A stretch of 63,962 nucleotides of DNA, counting the filler. It is 6 parts of 6 records of this genome, joined end to end, with 100 filler letters (N's around TTAATTAATTAA, not from the genome) between each part and the next. Parts side by side here need not be neighbours in the genome. Positions count along the whole stretch, not along the records: positions 42,062 to 52,671 come from DRR723986_6246; positions 52,772 to 58,758 come from DRR723986_6248; positions 58,859 to 63,962 come from DRR723986_6392; 3 more parts are not named here. The stretch is one strand, 5' to 3'. Positions 51,450-61,131 of the stretch are shown in pieces. The position numbers and the translations under genes are program-made. Under the pieces are notes generated by a model. That model was not told the DNA's origin, made no database searches, and worked only from the letters and a program-made list of their open reading frames with translations. Within the stretch, counting starts at the first letter, position 1; each line of letters opens with the position of its first letter.

Positions 51450-52310
51450 ATGTTGGCATTGCAAAATTTTTTTGACGCGGCACGGGCCAACCCCGCCCGC
51501 GTTGTTTTTCCCGAAGCAGACGAGCCGCGCGTGGCCCAGGCCATGGCCGAATTGGCCAAGCAAGGGCTGTGCCAGCCCCTGCGCCTGCCCGAGGCGCCCA
51601 GCGCGGCCCATGTGGCGGCCCTGGTTGCGGCGCGCGGCCTGAAAGAGGGGGTTGCCGCACGCATGTTGGCGCGCCCCTTGTATTTAGCTGCGGCAATGGT
51701 GGCGGCGGGCGAGGCCGATGCCATGGTGGCAGGCGCTGATGCGCCGACAAAAAAGGTGATCGAGGCGGCCTCGATCGCCATTGGCCTGGCCGCAGATGTA
51801 ACCACCCCCAGCTCGTTTTTCCTGATGGTCTTTCCCGATGGGCGGCAGATGATTTTCGCCGATTGCGCCCTGAATGTGGATCCAACCGCCGCCGAGCTGG
51901 CCGATATCGCGCGGGCCTCTGCGGCCACGGGGCAGGCCCTGCTGGGGCGGGCCGATGTGGCCTTGCTGTCGTATTCCACAGGCAGCAGCGGGGCTGGCAG
52001 CAGCGTGGAAAAGCTGCGCGCGGCCGCCCAGGCCACAGGCTTTGCCGGGCCCATACAGGCCGATGCCGCGCTGAATGCGCGGGTCGCGGCCAAAAAGGGG
52101 TTGGGCGATGGGCAAGCCAATGTGTTGGTCTTTCCTAACCTGGATGCAGGCAATATTTCATACAAATTGGCCCAAGAACTGGCAGGGGCACAGGCGCTGG
52201 GCCCGATTTTGCAGGGCTTTCGCCGCCCGGTATGCGACCTAAGCCGCGGCGCCACTGCGGCCGATATCGTGGCCGCAACCGTGGTGACACTGGCCCTGGC
52301 GCGGCGCTAG
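51450..52310 (+). CDS. pta: Phosphate acetyltransferase (short PTA-I type)
   Basis: VVFPE, SSFFLM, FADCA, LSYSTGSS, FPNLDAGNISYKL and GPILQG...DLSRG; GGAGG RBS. Confidence 0.92.
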   Translation: MLALQNFFDAARANPARVVFPEADEPRVAQAMAELAKQGLCQPLRLPEAPSAAHVAALVAARGLKEGVAARMLARPLYLAAAMVAAGEADAMVAGADAPTKKVIEAASIAIGLAADVTTPSSFFLMVFPDGRQMIFADCALNVDPTAAELADIARASAATGQALLGRADVALLSYSTGSSGAGSSVEKLRAAAQATGFAGPIQADAALNARVAAKKGLGDGQANVLVFPNLDAGNISYKLAQELAGAQALGPILQGFRRPVCDLSRGATAADIVAATVVTLALARR

Positions 52311-52339
52311 GGGCCGGGCTGCAACTGCGGCCCAGCCCC
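52310..52339. other. GC-rich stem-loop between convergent pta and xsc stops
   Basis: GGGGCCGGGCTGCA-AC-TGCGGCCCAGCCCC (12/14 complementary); no U-tract on either strand. Confidence 0.55.
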
Positions 52340-52346
52340 CCGCGGT

Positions 52347-52671
52347 TTAGGCCGATTGCGGGCGCATATCGGCGCGGTTGATACCGGCAACAGCCACGGG
52401 CTTTTTCATTGCGTCGCGGCGGAACGGCTCGCCCAGCTCTTGGTTGATCAGCGCCTCGATCAGCGTGGTTTTGCCGTTTTCCATCTGATCTTTGATGGCC
52501 TGGTTCAGCGCGTCTTTCAGCCCATCCATGGTGCGGGCCACAACGCCTTGCAGGCCACAGGCCTGTGCAATGCCGGCATAAGATACTTGCGTGTCCAGCT
52601 CGGTGCCCACAAAATTGTCGTCATACCACAGGGTCGAGTTGCGCTTTTCCGCGCCCCATTGATAGTTGCGG
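52347..52671 (-). CDS. xsc: Sulfoacetaldehyde acetyltransferase, C-terminal part
   Basis: RNYQWGAEKRNSTLWYDDNFVGTEL...NQELGEPFRRDAMKKP characteristic Xsc C-terminus. Confidence 0.92.
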
Positions 52672-52771
52672 NNNNNNNNNNNNNNNNNNNNNNNNNNNNN
52701 NNNNNNNNNNNNNNNTTAATTAATTAANNNNNNNNNNNNNNNNNNNNNNNNNNNNNNNNNNNNNNNNNNNN
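52672..52771. other. Artificial contig linker
   Basis: N-run + TTAATTAATTAA + N-run. Confidence 0.99.
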
Positions 52772-53407
52772 CAGCGGGTGGCCATCGGGCGCGCCATCGT
52801 GCGCGGGCCGGAGGTGTTCCTGTTCGACGAGCCACTGTCGAACCTTGACGCGGAACTGCGCGTGGAAATGCGGGTCGAGATTGCCCGGCTGCACAACGAG
52901 ATCGGCGCGACGATGATCTATGTGACCCATGATCAGGTCGAGGCGATGACGCTGGCTGACAAGATCGTGGTACTGCGCGGCGGCGTGATCGAGCAGGCAG
53001 GCAAGCCTCTTGATCTTTACAATGACCCCGACAACCAGTTCGTGGCAGGCTTTATCGGCAGCCCGGCGATGAACTTTTTCTCTGGCCGCGTGGCGGGCGG
53101 CAAGGTGCGCGTGCCGGGGCTCGGCGTGATGGAACTGAACGCGCCAGGGGCGGCCAGCGACGGGCCTGTCACTGTCGGGGTGCGCCCGCAGATGCTGCGG
53201 CTGGCGGACGGGGATACACACACCGTTGACCTGTCAGAGCAACTGGGCGGCGTGGCCTATCATTACCTTGTTGCAGGCGACGGCACCCGGATCACGGTCG
53301 AGGCCCATGACCAGAGCGCACCCAAGCCCGGCAGCAAGGTGGGTTTGAGCGTGGCCGGGAATGCGGCGCTGTTCTTTGATGCACAAGATGGCAAGCGGTT
53401 GCGATAG
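52772..53407 (+). CDS. Sugar ABC transporter ATP-binding protein (MalK/UgpC-like), C-terminal part
   Basis: QRVAIGRA, FDEPLSNLDAELR, YVTHDQVEAMTLAD and FIGSPAMN. Confidence 0.93.
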   Translation, partial: QRVAIGRAIVRGPEVFLFDEPLSNLDAELRVEMRVEIARLHNEIGATMIYVTHDQVEAMTLADKIVVLRGGVIEQAGKPLDLYNDPDNQFVAGFIGSPAMNFFSGRVAGGKVRVPGLGVMELNAPGAASDGPVTVGVRPQMLRLADGDTHTVDLSEQLGGVAYHYLVAGDGTRITVEAHDQSAPKPGSKVGLSVAGNAALFFDAQDGKRLR

Positions 53408-53449
53408 GGAGGCTCTGCGCCGGCAGCCGTCCTGCGCGAAACGGATGCG

Positions 53450-53488
53450 AGGATAGGAACGCCACCCGTCGGGTGGCGATCCTTTCCT
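53450..53488. terminator. Long hairpin between convergent genes
   Basis: AGGATAGGAACGCCACCC-GTC-GGGTGGCGATCCTTTCCT, 16/18 complementary. Confidence 0.55.
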
Positions 53489-53495
53489 GTCGCGG

Positions 53496-54323
53496 TCAGT
53501 CTTCGTCGGGGATGTTCAGCAGCGATTTGGCCCCCTGCCCCAGCCCGATGCTGGCAAAGGGGCCGCCGTGGCACATCTGGCCCGGATCGGTCGGATCATG
53601 GGGGCCGGTCTCTGCCAGGATCCGGTCCGCGAATTGTTCAGCATTGTCCTTGGGGCGGTAGCCCAGAAACGCCGCCTTGCTGTTGTCCACCGGGCTGCGG
53701 TCATTGTTGGACACACCGTAGATGATCGAGAAACCCGCGACCGGCGTATCTATTGCCCGCGTCACAAGCTGCACCATGTCATCGTCAGACAACCAGCTGC
53801 CAAGGGCCCGCGCATTGCCCACTGGCGCGCAGGACAGGATGCGCAGGCACACGGCCTCCAGCCCGCGTTTTTCCCAATACATGCGCCCCAGATCCTCGGC
53901 GAAACACTTGGCAAGGCCATAGAACCCGTCGGGCCGGTGGGGCACGTCGATGCCGATGCACTCGGTCTTGGGGTACATCCCCACGGCATGGATCGACGAG
54001 GCATAAACCACCCGGCTAAGCCCATGCTGATACGCTGCTTCCCAGATGTTATAGGCGCCGATGAAATTGGGGCCGAGCAGCTCTTCGAACGGAGCTTCGT
54101 CCACGATCGCCCCGAAATGGACAACCATGTCGGCCCCGTCCAGCAGCGCCATGATCGCGTCTTTGTCGGCCAGATCAGCGCGGATATAGGTCTCGTTCGG
54201 GTGCAGGTCCGTCAGGCTGTCGGCAATGTCGGAGGTCACAAGCTCCTCACACATTTTCGACAGTGGCCCGCGCAGGATGGTGCCAAGCCGCCCGGCGGCT
54301 CCGGTCAGGACGAGTTTCTTCAT
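53496..54323 (-). CDS. NAD-dependent epimerase/dehydrogenase (uronate dehydrogenase-like)
   Basis: TGAAGRLG, YASSIHAVG, RPDGFYGLAK, WLS..D and LGYRPKDNAE. Confidence 0.82.
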   Translation of the reverse strand: MKKLVLTGAAGRLGTILRGPLSKMCEELVTSDIADSLTDLHPNETYIRADLADKDAIMALLDGADMVVHFGAIVDEAPFEELLGPNFIGAYNIWEAAYQHGLSRVVYASSIHAVGMYPKTECIGIDVPHRPDGFYGLAKCFAEDLGRMYWEKRGLEAVCLRILSCAPVGNARALGSWLSDDDMVQLVTRAIDTPVAGFSIIYGVSNNDRSPVDNSKAAFLGYRPKDNAEQFADRILAETGPHDPTDPGQMCHGGPFASIGLGQGAKSLLNIPDED

Positions 54324-54340
54324 GGGGGTCTCCTGCATTG

Positions 54341-55543
54341 TCAGATCACGGCGCGTTCAACGATGGCCTCGCCGCGCGCCACGCGGTCAAAGCTGAAAGG
54401 CGTCAGATCGAGGCTGCGGTAGGCGCCATGGGTGATCCATTCAGCCAGTCCCCGGCCCATGGCAGGGGATTGTTGCAGCCCGTGGCCGGAAAAGCCGTTC
54501 ATGAACAGGAAATTTTCCACCTCGGGATGCGGGCCGAGAACGGCGTTCTGGTCGAGCGTGTTATAGGCATAATGCCCAGTCCATTCGGTCACGATGCGGA
54601 TGGCTTCGAACTGCGGAATACGGGTCGCAAGGATCGGCCAGACGTGGTTTTCCCACAGCCCGTGATCCATGTGGAAATCGGACGGGTCGGCGGCCGGGTC
54701 CGGGTCGCCCTTGCTGCCTGCCAGATAGGTGGTGGGCCCATCCTGCCGGACATGCACGCCAGAGGGGTCGATCGTCAGCGGCAATTCCCGGTCGAGCGGC
54801 GTTTCAGCGGTGAAGATCCACGTATAGCGCTTGCGGGGTTCTACCGGCAGATGCAGCCCTGCCATCTCTGCCACTCGGGACGCGCGGGGACCGGCGGCGT
54901 TCACCACCTGACCGCAGGCGATGGTCTGGCCGCTGGCCAGCGTCACGCTTTCGACACGGCCCCCGGCGCGGGTCATGGAAACCGCCTCGCCCTGCACGTA
55001 TTCGATGCCACGCGCCTGCGCCTTGCGGCGGAACCATTCGAACAGCGTCCCGCCATCCCAATAGCCTTCGTCCTTCGTGTTGATGCTGCCCATAACGATC
55101 CCGTCGAGATCGTAGAACGGATAGTCGGCGGCGATCTGTTCCGGCGTCAGCAGGCGGGTTTCAGCGCCTGCCGCCAGTTGCACCTTCTGGTTGGCGCGCA
55201 GGACATCGGCAAAGGCGTCTGTGTCGGCCAAATAAAGGTAGCCGTAGTTTTGGATATCGAGATTGGGAACACGTTCGTCCCCGCCCATGTTCGCGCGCAG
55301 GTTCTTGATGAAAGCCGCCGTGAACTGGGAAATCTGAACGTTCAGTTCGGTGGAAAACTGCTGACGGATGCAGGAGTTTGTATGCGCGGTGGAACACCAA
55401 AGATAGCTCGGGTCGCGCTCGATCACCAGAACCGAGCCGGTGAACCCGGCATTCTCAGCCAGCCACCATGCCAGCGACGACCCCATGATCGCGCCGCCGA
55501 TGATGACGACGTCGTAGGACGATTTTTCCGGTACGTTCTTCAT
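54341..55543 (-). CDS. FAD-dependent oxidoreductase (DAO/sarcosine oxidase beta-like)
   Basis: IIGGAIMGSS, IRQQFS, VNAAG and NGFSGHGLQQSPA. Confidence 0.88.
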   Translation of the reverse strand: MKNVPEKSSYDVVIIGGAIMGSSLAWWLAENAGFTGSVLVIERDPSYLWCSTAHTNSCIRQQFSTELNVQISQFTAAFIKNLRANMGGDERVPNLDIQNYGYLYLADTDAFADVLRANQKVQLAAGAETRLLTPEQIAADYPFYDLDGIVMGSINTKDEGYWDGGTLFEWFRRKAQARGIEYVQGEAVSMTRAGGRVESVTLASGQTIACGQVVNAAGPRASRVAEMAGLHLPVEPRKRYTWIFTAETPLDRELPLTIDPSGVHVRQDGPTTYLAGSKGDPDPAADPSDFHMDHGLWENHVWPILATRIPQFEAIRIVTEWTGHYAYNTLDQNAVLGPHPEVENFLFMNGFSGHGLQQSPAMGRGLAEWITHGAYRSLDLTPFSFDRVARGEAIVERAVI

Positions 55544-55550
55544 GATCCCC

Positions 55551-56252
55551 TCAGACAGACCGGGTCAGGCCGCCATCCACGCGGATGTTCTGCCCGGTGA
55601 TGTATCCTGCGGCGTCCGAAGCCAGAAACGCAATGGTTTCGCCGATCTCGTTTCGCGACGAGCCATAGCGGCCCATCGGAATTTGCGACCTGAATTTCTC
55701 CTTCTCGGGCAGGCTGTCGATGAAGCCGGGCAGCACGTTGTTCATCCGCACGCCCTTGGCGGCATATTCATCGGCAAAGAGCTTGGTGAAGGATGCAAGC
55801 CCGGCGCGGAACACGGCCGAGGTCGGAAAGACCGGCGAGGGCTCAAACGTGGCGAAGGTCGAGATGTTCACGATCGCGCCGCCGCCCTGTGCCGCCATGA
55901 TCGGCGCGACAAGGCGCGAAGGGCGGACCGCAGACAGGAAATAGACCTGCATGCCTTCGATCCAGTCCTCATCCGATAGCTCCAGCACGGGCGCGCGCGG
56001 GCCATGGCCAGCGGAATTGACCAGCGCGTCAATGCGACCCCACCGGGTCATGGCGGCATCGACCAGCTGTTGCAGATCATCCGTTGATCGGTTCGAACCG
56101 GTCACGCCGATCCCGCCAAGTTCCTGCGCCAGGGCCTCTCCCTTGCCGGAGGAGGACAGAATGCCAACTTCGAACCCCTGCGCGTGCAAGGCTCGGGCCG
56201 CGTCGGCCCCCATGCCGGATCCACCGGCGCTGATCAGGGCAACCTTGGTCAT
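55551..56252 (-). CDS. SDR-family oxidoreductase (atypical active site)
   Basis: AGGSGMG, NSAG and NNVLPG; SAVFR in place of YxxxK. Confidence 0.85.
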   Translation of the reverse strand: MTKVALISAGGSGMGADAARALHAQGFEVGILSSSGKGEALAQELGGIGVTGSNRSTDDLQQLVDAAMTRWGRIDALVNSAGHGPRAPVLELSDEDWIEGMQVYFLSAVRPSRLVAPIMAAQGGGAIVNISTFATFEPSPVFPTSAVFRAGLASFTKLFADEYAAKGVRMNNVLPGFIDSLPEKEKFRSQIPMGRYGSSRNEIGETIAFLASDAAGYITGQNIRVDGGLTRSV

Positions 56253-57958
56253 TGGATATCCTTTCCCAATCGGCTGATTTCAAGAACCGCCGCAATGTCA
56301 TCCGGGCCAAGCCCGTAGTCCCGCGCCGCAGCTTCGGCGGTGATGTAGCCCAAGGCAAGATCGCGGCGCACGGCTGCCGGGTCACGACCCGTCGGGTCGC
56401 CATAGCCCGCGCCTCCGGGGAAGCCCATTTGCACGACGCGGCCATGGGGGACGAACTGTTTGCCCTTGCCCTTCATCGGCGTGCCGTCATCTTGCGCAAT
56501 GATCGTGGGGCCGCCGGTTGCGCCGCCACGCCTGCCACGGGCGGGGTGATCGACGCGGTCGAACATGGCGGAAAAGTCCAGCTCGTGCCCCTCACGCGCG
56601 CCAACATCCATCCATTGGCCAAGCCCACCGCGATACTTGCCCGCGCCGCCGCTGTCGGGGCGCAATTCCTTACGCCAGATGATGGCGGGGCCGACCTGTT
56701 CGGTTGCCTCAACCGGCATGGTCATGACACCCGAAGGGAAGGCGGTGGCGCTCATCCCGTCCAAAGTAGGCCGCGCGCCGGAGCCGCCGGAGTTGAAGAT
56801 CAGCACCTCTGACCGGCGGGCCCCTTTTGGCGCGAGGGCATCTGTTCGGGGGCGCAGGCTGAGCTGGAAGTTGCACAGACACCCCGCGCCTTCGGCAGGC
56901 ACCGTGTCGGGCAACAGCTTGTCCAGCGCATCATAGACCGTGTCGGGCACCATGTGGCCAATGACGTGGCGCAGGGCCACGGGGGCGGGATGCCGGGCGT
57001 TCACGATGCTGTCTTCCGGCGCGGTAATCTCGAAGGGGGCGAGGCTTGCCGCATTGTTCGGGATCTCGGGCGCGATGGCGCATTTCAGGGCGTAGCAGGC
57101 ATAGGCCTTGGTGTAGACCAGCGGCACGTTGATGCCCTTTTTATCGACGCCACTTGTACCCGCCCAATCGCAGAGAATGCGGTCCTTCTCGATCGACAGG
57201 CTGACGCAAAGGTCAATCGGTTTGGAGTAGCCGTCGATCCGCATATGGCCCTGTGCCGTGCCAGGGGTCAGCGCGTTGATGCGGGCAAGCGTGGCTTCGC
57301 GCGAATTGGTCAGGATGAAATCAGAAATGCCAGAGAGATCGGCAAGGGAGAATTCCGTCATCATGTCGATCAGCCGCCTATGGCCGATCTCGTTACAGGT
57401 GGCCAGCGCATAGAGGTCACCCACCAGCTGAACGGGTTCGCGTACATTGCCCCGGATCATTGCCAGAAGCGTCCGGTCCACCGCGCCCTTGTCGGCAAAA
57501 CGCATGATCGGGATATACAGGCCCTCTTCGTAGACCGAATTGCCATCGGCCCCGAAGCCGCGTCCGCCGATATCGGTGACATGGGCGGTGCAGGCGAAAA
57601 AGCCGATCAGGCGGCCTTGGTGGAACGAGGGCGTCACCACGGTGATGTCATGCAGGTGACCTGTGCCTTCCCATGGGTCATTGGTGATGTAGACGTCGCC
57701 CTCGGCCATGGTATCGCGCCCGATGCGGCGGATGAAATGGCCCACGGCGTCGGCCATGGCGTTGACGTGACCGGGGGTGCCGGTGACCGCCTGCGCCAGC
57801 ATCTGGCCCTTGTCGTTATAGACCCCGGCAGACAGGTCGCCCGCCTCTCGGACAGAGGTGGAGAATGCCGTGCGCACCAGCGCCTGCGCCTGTTCCTCGA
57901 CGACGGAAATCAACCGCGTCCACATGACCTGATAGGCGACTTGAGACAGCTCAGTCAT
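56249..57958 (-). CDS. Hydantoinase B/5-oxoprolinase subunit B
   Basis: RTAFS..VREAGDLS, NDPW.GTGHLHD, HVTDIGG, DSGGAGKYRGG and PGGAGYG. Confidence 0.92.
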   Translation of the reverse strand: MTELSQVAYQVMWTRLISVVEEQAQALVRTAFSTSVREAGDLSAGVYNDKGQMLAQAVTGTPGHVNAMADAVGHFIRRIGRDTMAEGDVYITNDPWEGTGHLHDITVVTPSFHQGRLIGFFACTAHVTDIGGRGFGADGNSVYEEGLYIPIMRFADKGAVDRTLLAMIRGNVREPVQLVGDLYALATCNEIGHRRLIDMMTEFSLADLSGISDFILTNSREATLARINALTPGTAQGHMRIDGYSKPIDLCVSLSIEKDRILCDWAGTSGVDKKGINVPLVYTKAYACYALKCAIAPEIPNNAASLAPFEITAPEDSIVNARHPAPVALRHVIGHMVPDTVYDALDKLLPDTVPAEGAGCLCNFQLSLRPRTDALAPKGARRSEVLIFNSGGSGARPTLDGMSATAFPSGVMTMPVEATEQVGPAIIWRKELRPDSGGAGKYRGGLGQWMDVGAREGHELDFSAMFDRVDHPARGRRGGATGGPTIIAQDDGTPMKGKGKQFVPHGRVVQMGFPGGAGYGDPTGRDPAAVRRDLALGYITAEAAARDYGLGPDDIAAVLEISRLGKDIQ

Positions 57959-58758
57959 GGCGGGGCTCCTTTGTGCGGATGTCGATACAACCATCGGGCT
58001 GCGCCGTGGCGCGGCGGCTGGAGGGCAGGACGATGGTGGTTTCATCCTCGGTGATGACAGCGGGGCCTTCGATGGTTGCGCCGGTCGGTAGATCGGCGCG
58101 CGGGTGGATCGCGGCGGTTGCGCGTTTGGCCAGCGCCGGATCAAAGAGGCTGCGCGTGCCCTGCCGGGCGGGGGCGCTGGCTGCGCCTGCGGGTCCAATG
58201 GGATCAACCGGCGGCGTGGGGGTGTAGGCATTCACCGACCAGACGGTGATCTCGGCCTCCATCCCGTCGACGGAGCGCCCGAAGAGGCGGGAATAGTCCT
58301 GTTCGAACCGTTTCAGGAACGCGGTCGCATCGGGGGTTTCCGCGTCCTCGGGCGTCAATGGCACGGGGATTTCCCAGCCCTGACCGGCGTAACGCATGTA
58401 GACCTTGTAGTCGGTAAGGATCTGCGCATCGGCATCGCAGGAACGGACGAAGCTGCGCGCTTCTTCCTCCATGTCCCGGAACAGGGCAGACACGCGGGCC
58501 GGGTCAAAGGCGCTGATCTTGGTGAAGACGGACCGGTTCGCCTCGAAGCTGAAGGGTGCGCGCAGGAAGCCGATGGCCGATCCAACGCCCGCGCCCACGG
58601 GGACCAGACAGCGGTCGATACCCAGTTTCTCGCACAGCCGTGCAGCGTGAAGGGGGGCCGCGCCGCCAAAGGCGATCATGGTGTAGGTGGACAGGTCTTC
58701 GCCGTTTTCCACCGCATGAACGCGGGCAGCGTTGGCCATGTTTTCGTCAACCACTTCG
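57951..58758 (-). CDS. Hydantoinase A/5-oxoprolinase subunit A, C-terminal part
   Basis: IAFGGAAPLHA, MRYAGQGWEI and EGPAVI.E..TT. Confidence 0.9.
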
Positions 58759-58858
58759 NNNNNNNNNNNNNNNNNNNNNNNNNNNNNNNNNNNNNNNNNN
58801 NNTTAATTAATTAANNNNNNNNNNNNNNNNNNNNNNNNNNNNNNNNNNNNNNNNNNNN
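58759..58858. other. Artificial contig linker
   Basis: N-run + TTAATTAATTAA + N-run. Confidence 0.99.
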
Positions 58859-59733
58859 CCGAGCCAACCCAAAGCGGCGACCAACGCGTTGTTGAACTGG
58901 CCGTTAAGTACCTGGAACTGTACGGCGACACCATCACCGAGCCGGCCACCCAGGCACGTCTGTATAACGAACGCCGAAACCTGTTGGCGCGTTATCCGGA
59001 TTCCGGTGACGAGCTTTTCCAGTCTGCCATCACCACGGCCTTTCCAGAACTGGCCGACAGCATTTTCGCGTTATTGGCCAAGCTGGACCTGTACAACCGA
59101 TGGCTCGACAATCACGAGCTTCGTTTACAGGGGTTGCCGGACATGGAACGCTACGCCGAGCTCTGGCAGCAACGCGAAGCGATTTTCGGCCCCCTGGCAA
59201 GCCAGATCTGGGCCGAGGAGCAGAACCCGGTGGAAGCCAAATCGGACCAGTTCCAGCAGACTCTGGCGCGGCTGGACCAGGCCAACCAGATGCCACTGAC
59301 CGAACTGGCTCACCAGCTACAGACCACCGCAGACGAACTCTATGGTGCCGATCTGGCCCGGCAACTGGCGGGTTCCGGTGCGACCGGCCACGCCCTGTTC
59401 TCCATGGACAGCGTTCAACAGCAACTCGCCAGCCTGCCTGCAGACAAACGCCAGCAAGCCATCAACGCTCTGCGCCGCCAGATAGGCTACTCCGAAGAGG
59501 CCGTTCGCCAGTTGGCCGAGGAAGACCAGCGCCGGGAGGAAAAATGGCAGAAAGGCAAAGCTTATATGGCCGAAAGACGCGCCCTGGAGAACCGCCTGAA
59601 CGGCGATCAACTGGAGGCCGCGTTAACGGATCTTCGCCAGGAGCATTTCGGGTTTTCTGCCCCGACCATCGAGCGGGAGGAAGAAGAGGGATTTTTCCGG
59701 TTTGAACGTGAACGTCGCTACGGCTTGAATTAG
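58859..59733 (+). CDS. Helical hypothetical protein, possibly lipase-chaperone (Lif)-like; 5' end cut
   Basis: Frame is open from the contig edge; Q/E/R-rich helices with a C-terminal R(E/Q)xxF(G) pattern reminiscent of lipase foldases. Confidence 0.5.
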
Positions 59734-59832
59734 CAAGCTAATATCCATCCTCATAATCGCTTATAGCCGTTAGAGCACCCAACCTTGACAATGGCGGGCT
59801 TTCTCTTCCCTGATTGGATCAAGGAGATCAGA

Positions 59833-61026
59833 TTGAGCGCCGCCAACCACAATTCCGAGTCCGGCCTTCCGACCTGGCTGATCGTCTTTGCGCTGGCGAT
59901 GGGCGGCTTTGGTATTGGCACCGGCGAATTCGCCATCATGGGGTTGATGCCCAATGTCGCTCAGGATCTCGGCGTTTCTGAGCCGCAGGTAGGCCACCTT
60001 ATCTCCACCTATGCGCTGGGCGTGGTGGTCGGTGCGCCCATTCTGGCCATTCTCGGCGCGCAACTGTTCCGGCGGCAGCTGCTCATTCTACTGATGTCCT
60101 TCTACGCGCTGGGCAACCTGGCCAGTGCCCTGGCCAGCAATTACGAATCCCTGCTGGTTTTCCGGTTTATCGCCGGACTGCCCCATGGCGCCTACTTCGG
60201 TGTTGCTGCGCTGGTGGCAGCCTCGCTGGTGCCAGTACACAAGCGGGCCAAGGCGGTGAGCCAGATCATGATGGGGCTGACCCTTGCGCTGCTGATCGGC
60301 AACCCCCTGGCCACGGTGATGGGGCAATCCATGGACTGGCGCTATGCCTTTGGTTTTGTTGGCCTGGTGTCGTTAATCACCGTAGTGCTGGTCACCCTGT
60401 TCCTGACAAAAAATCCACAGGAACAAAGGCATAGCCCGTTAAGCGAAGTCCGCGCCTTTAACAAACCACAAATCTGGTTTGCACTGGCCATTGGCGCTAT
60501 CGGCTTCGCAGGCATGTTCGCGGTGTTCAGTTACCTTGCCCCGACACTGCTGGAAGTCACTCGAGTGGATGCGGTCTGGATTCCCGTGGCCCTGGTGGTA
60601 TTCGGGTTGGGCGGTTTTGTGGGCAACCTGCTTGGTGGCTGGTTGTTTGACCGGCTGCAATTCCGGGCCGTTGGCGTGATCCTGGTATTCAGCGCCATGA
60701 TTCTGAGCGTCTTTCCGTCTGCCACAGGCTCATTGCCCGTCTTGCTCGTGGTCTGTTTCCTGACCGCATTGATGGTGGCCCTGGGCCCGGCGCTGCAAAC
60801 CCACCTGATGGACGTGGCAACCGGCGCCCAGACTCTGGCCGCCGCCTCCCATCACGCCGCATTCAATCTTGCCAATGCCCTGGGCCCATGGCTGGGCGGG
60901 CTGGCCATTACCGCTGGTTTCGGCTGGCAGTCCACTGGCTACGTAGGAGCTGCAACCGCCGTAGCCGGGCTGATGATTTTCCTGGTTGCCTGGCGCCGGC
61001 CTGAGCCGGTGCCTGAGGCCAGATAG
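59833..61026 (+). CDS. MFS transporter (DHA1, AraJ/YdhP-like)
   Basis: GFGIGTGEFAIMGL, ISTYALG, RFIAGLPHGAYFG and AFNLANALG; TTG start after AAGGAG. Confidence 0.9.
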   Translation: MSAANHNSESGLPTWLIVFALAMGGFGIGTGEFAIMGLMPNVAQDLGVSEPQVGHLISTYALGVVVGAPILAILGAQLFRRQLLILLMSFYALGNLASALASNYESLLVFRFIAGLPHGAYFGVAALVAASLVPVHKRAKAVSQIMMGLTLALLIGNPLATVMGQSMDWRYAFGFVGLVSLITVVLVTLFLTKNPQEQRHSPLSEVRAFNKPQIWFALAIGAIGFAGMFAVFSYLAPTLLEVTRVDAVWIPVALVVFGLGGFVGNLLGGWLFDRLQFRAVGVILVFSAMILSVFPSATGSLPVLLVVCFLTALMVALGPALQTHLMDVATGAQTLAAASHHAAFNLANALGPWLGGLAITAGFGWQSTGYVGAATAVAGLMIFLVAWRRPEPVPEAR

Positions 61027-61131
61027 GCGCTCATTTCTCACGCTACAGTCATTATCATTCACTCCGCTAAGCCAGTAGAATAGCGTGCTTTGAACGCTAC
61101 CTGTGCGGAAACCGGAGTGAAACCCCAGCCA

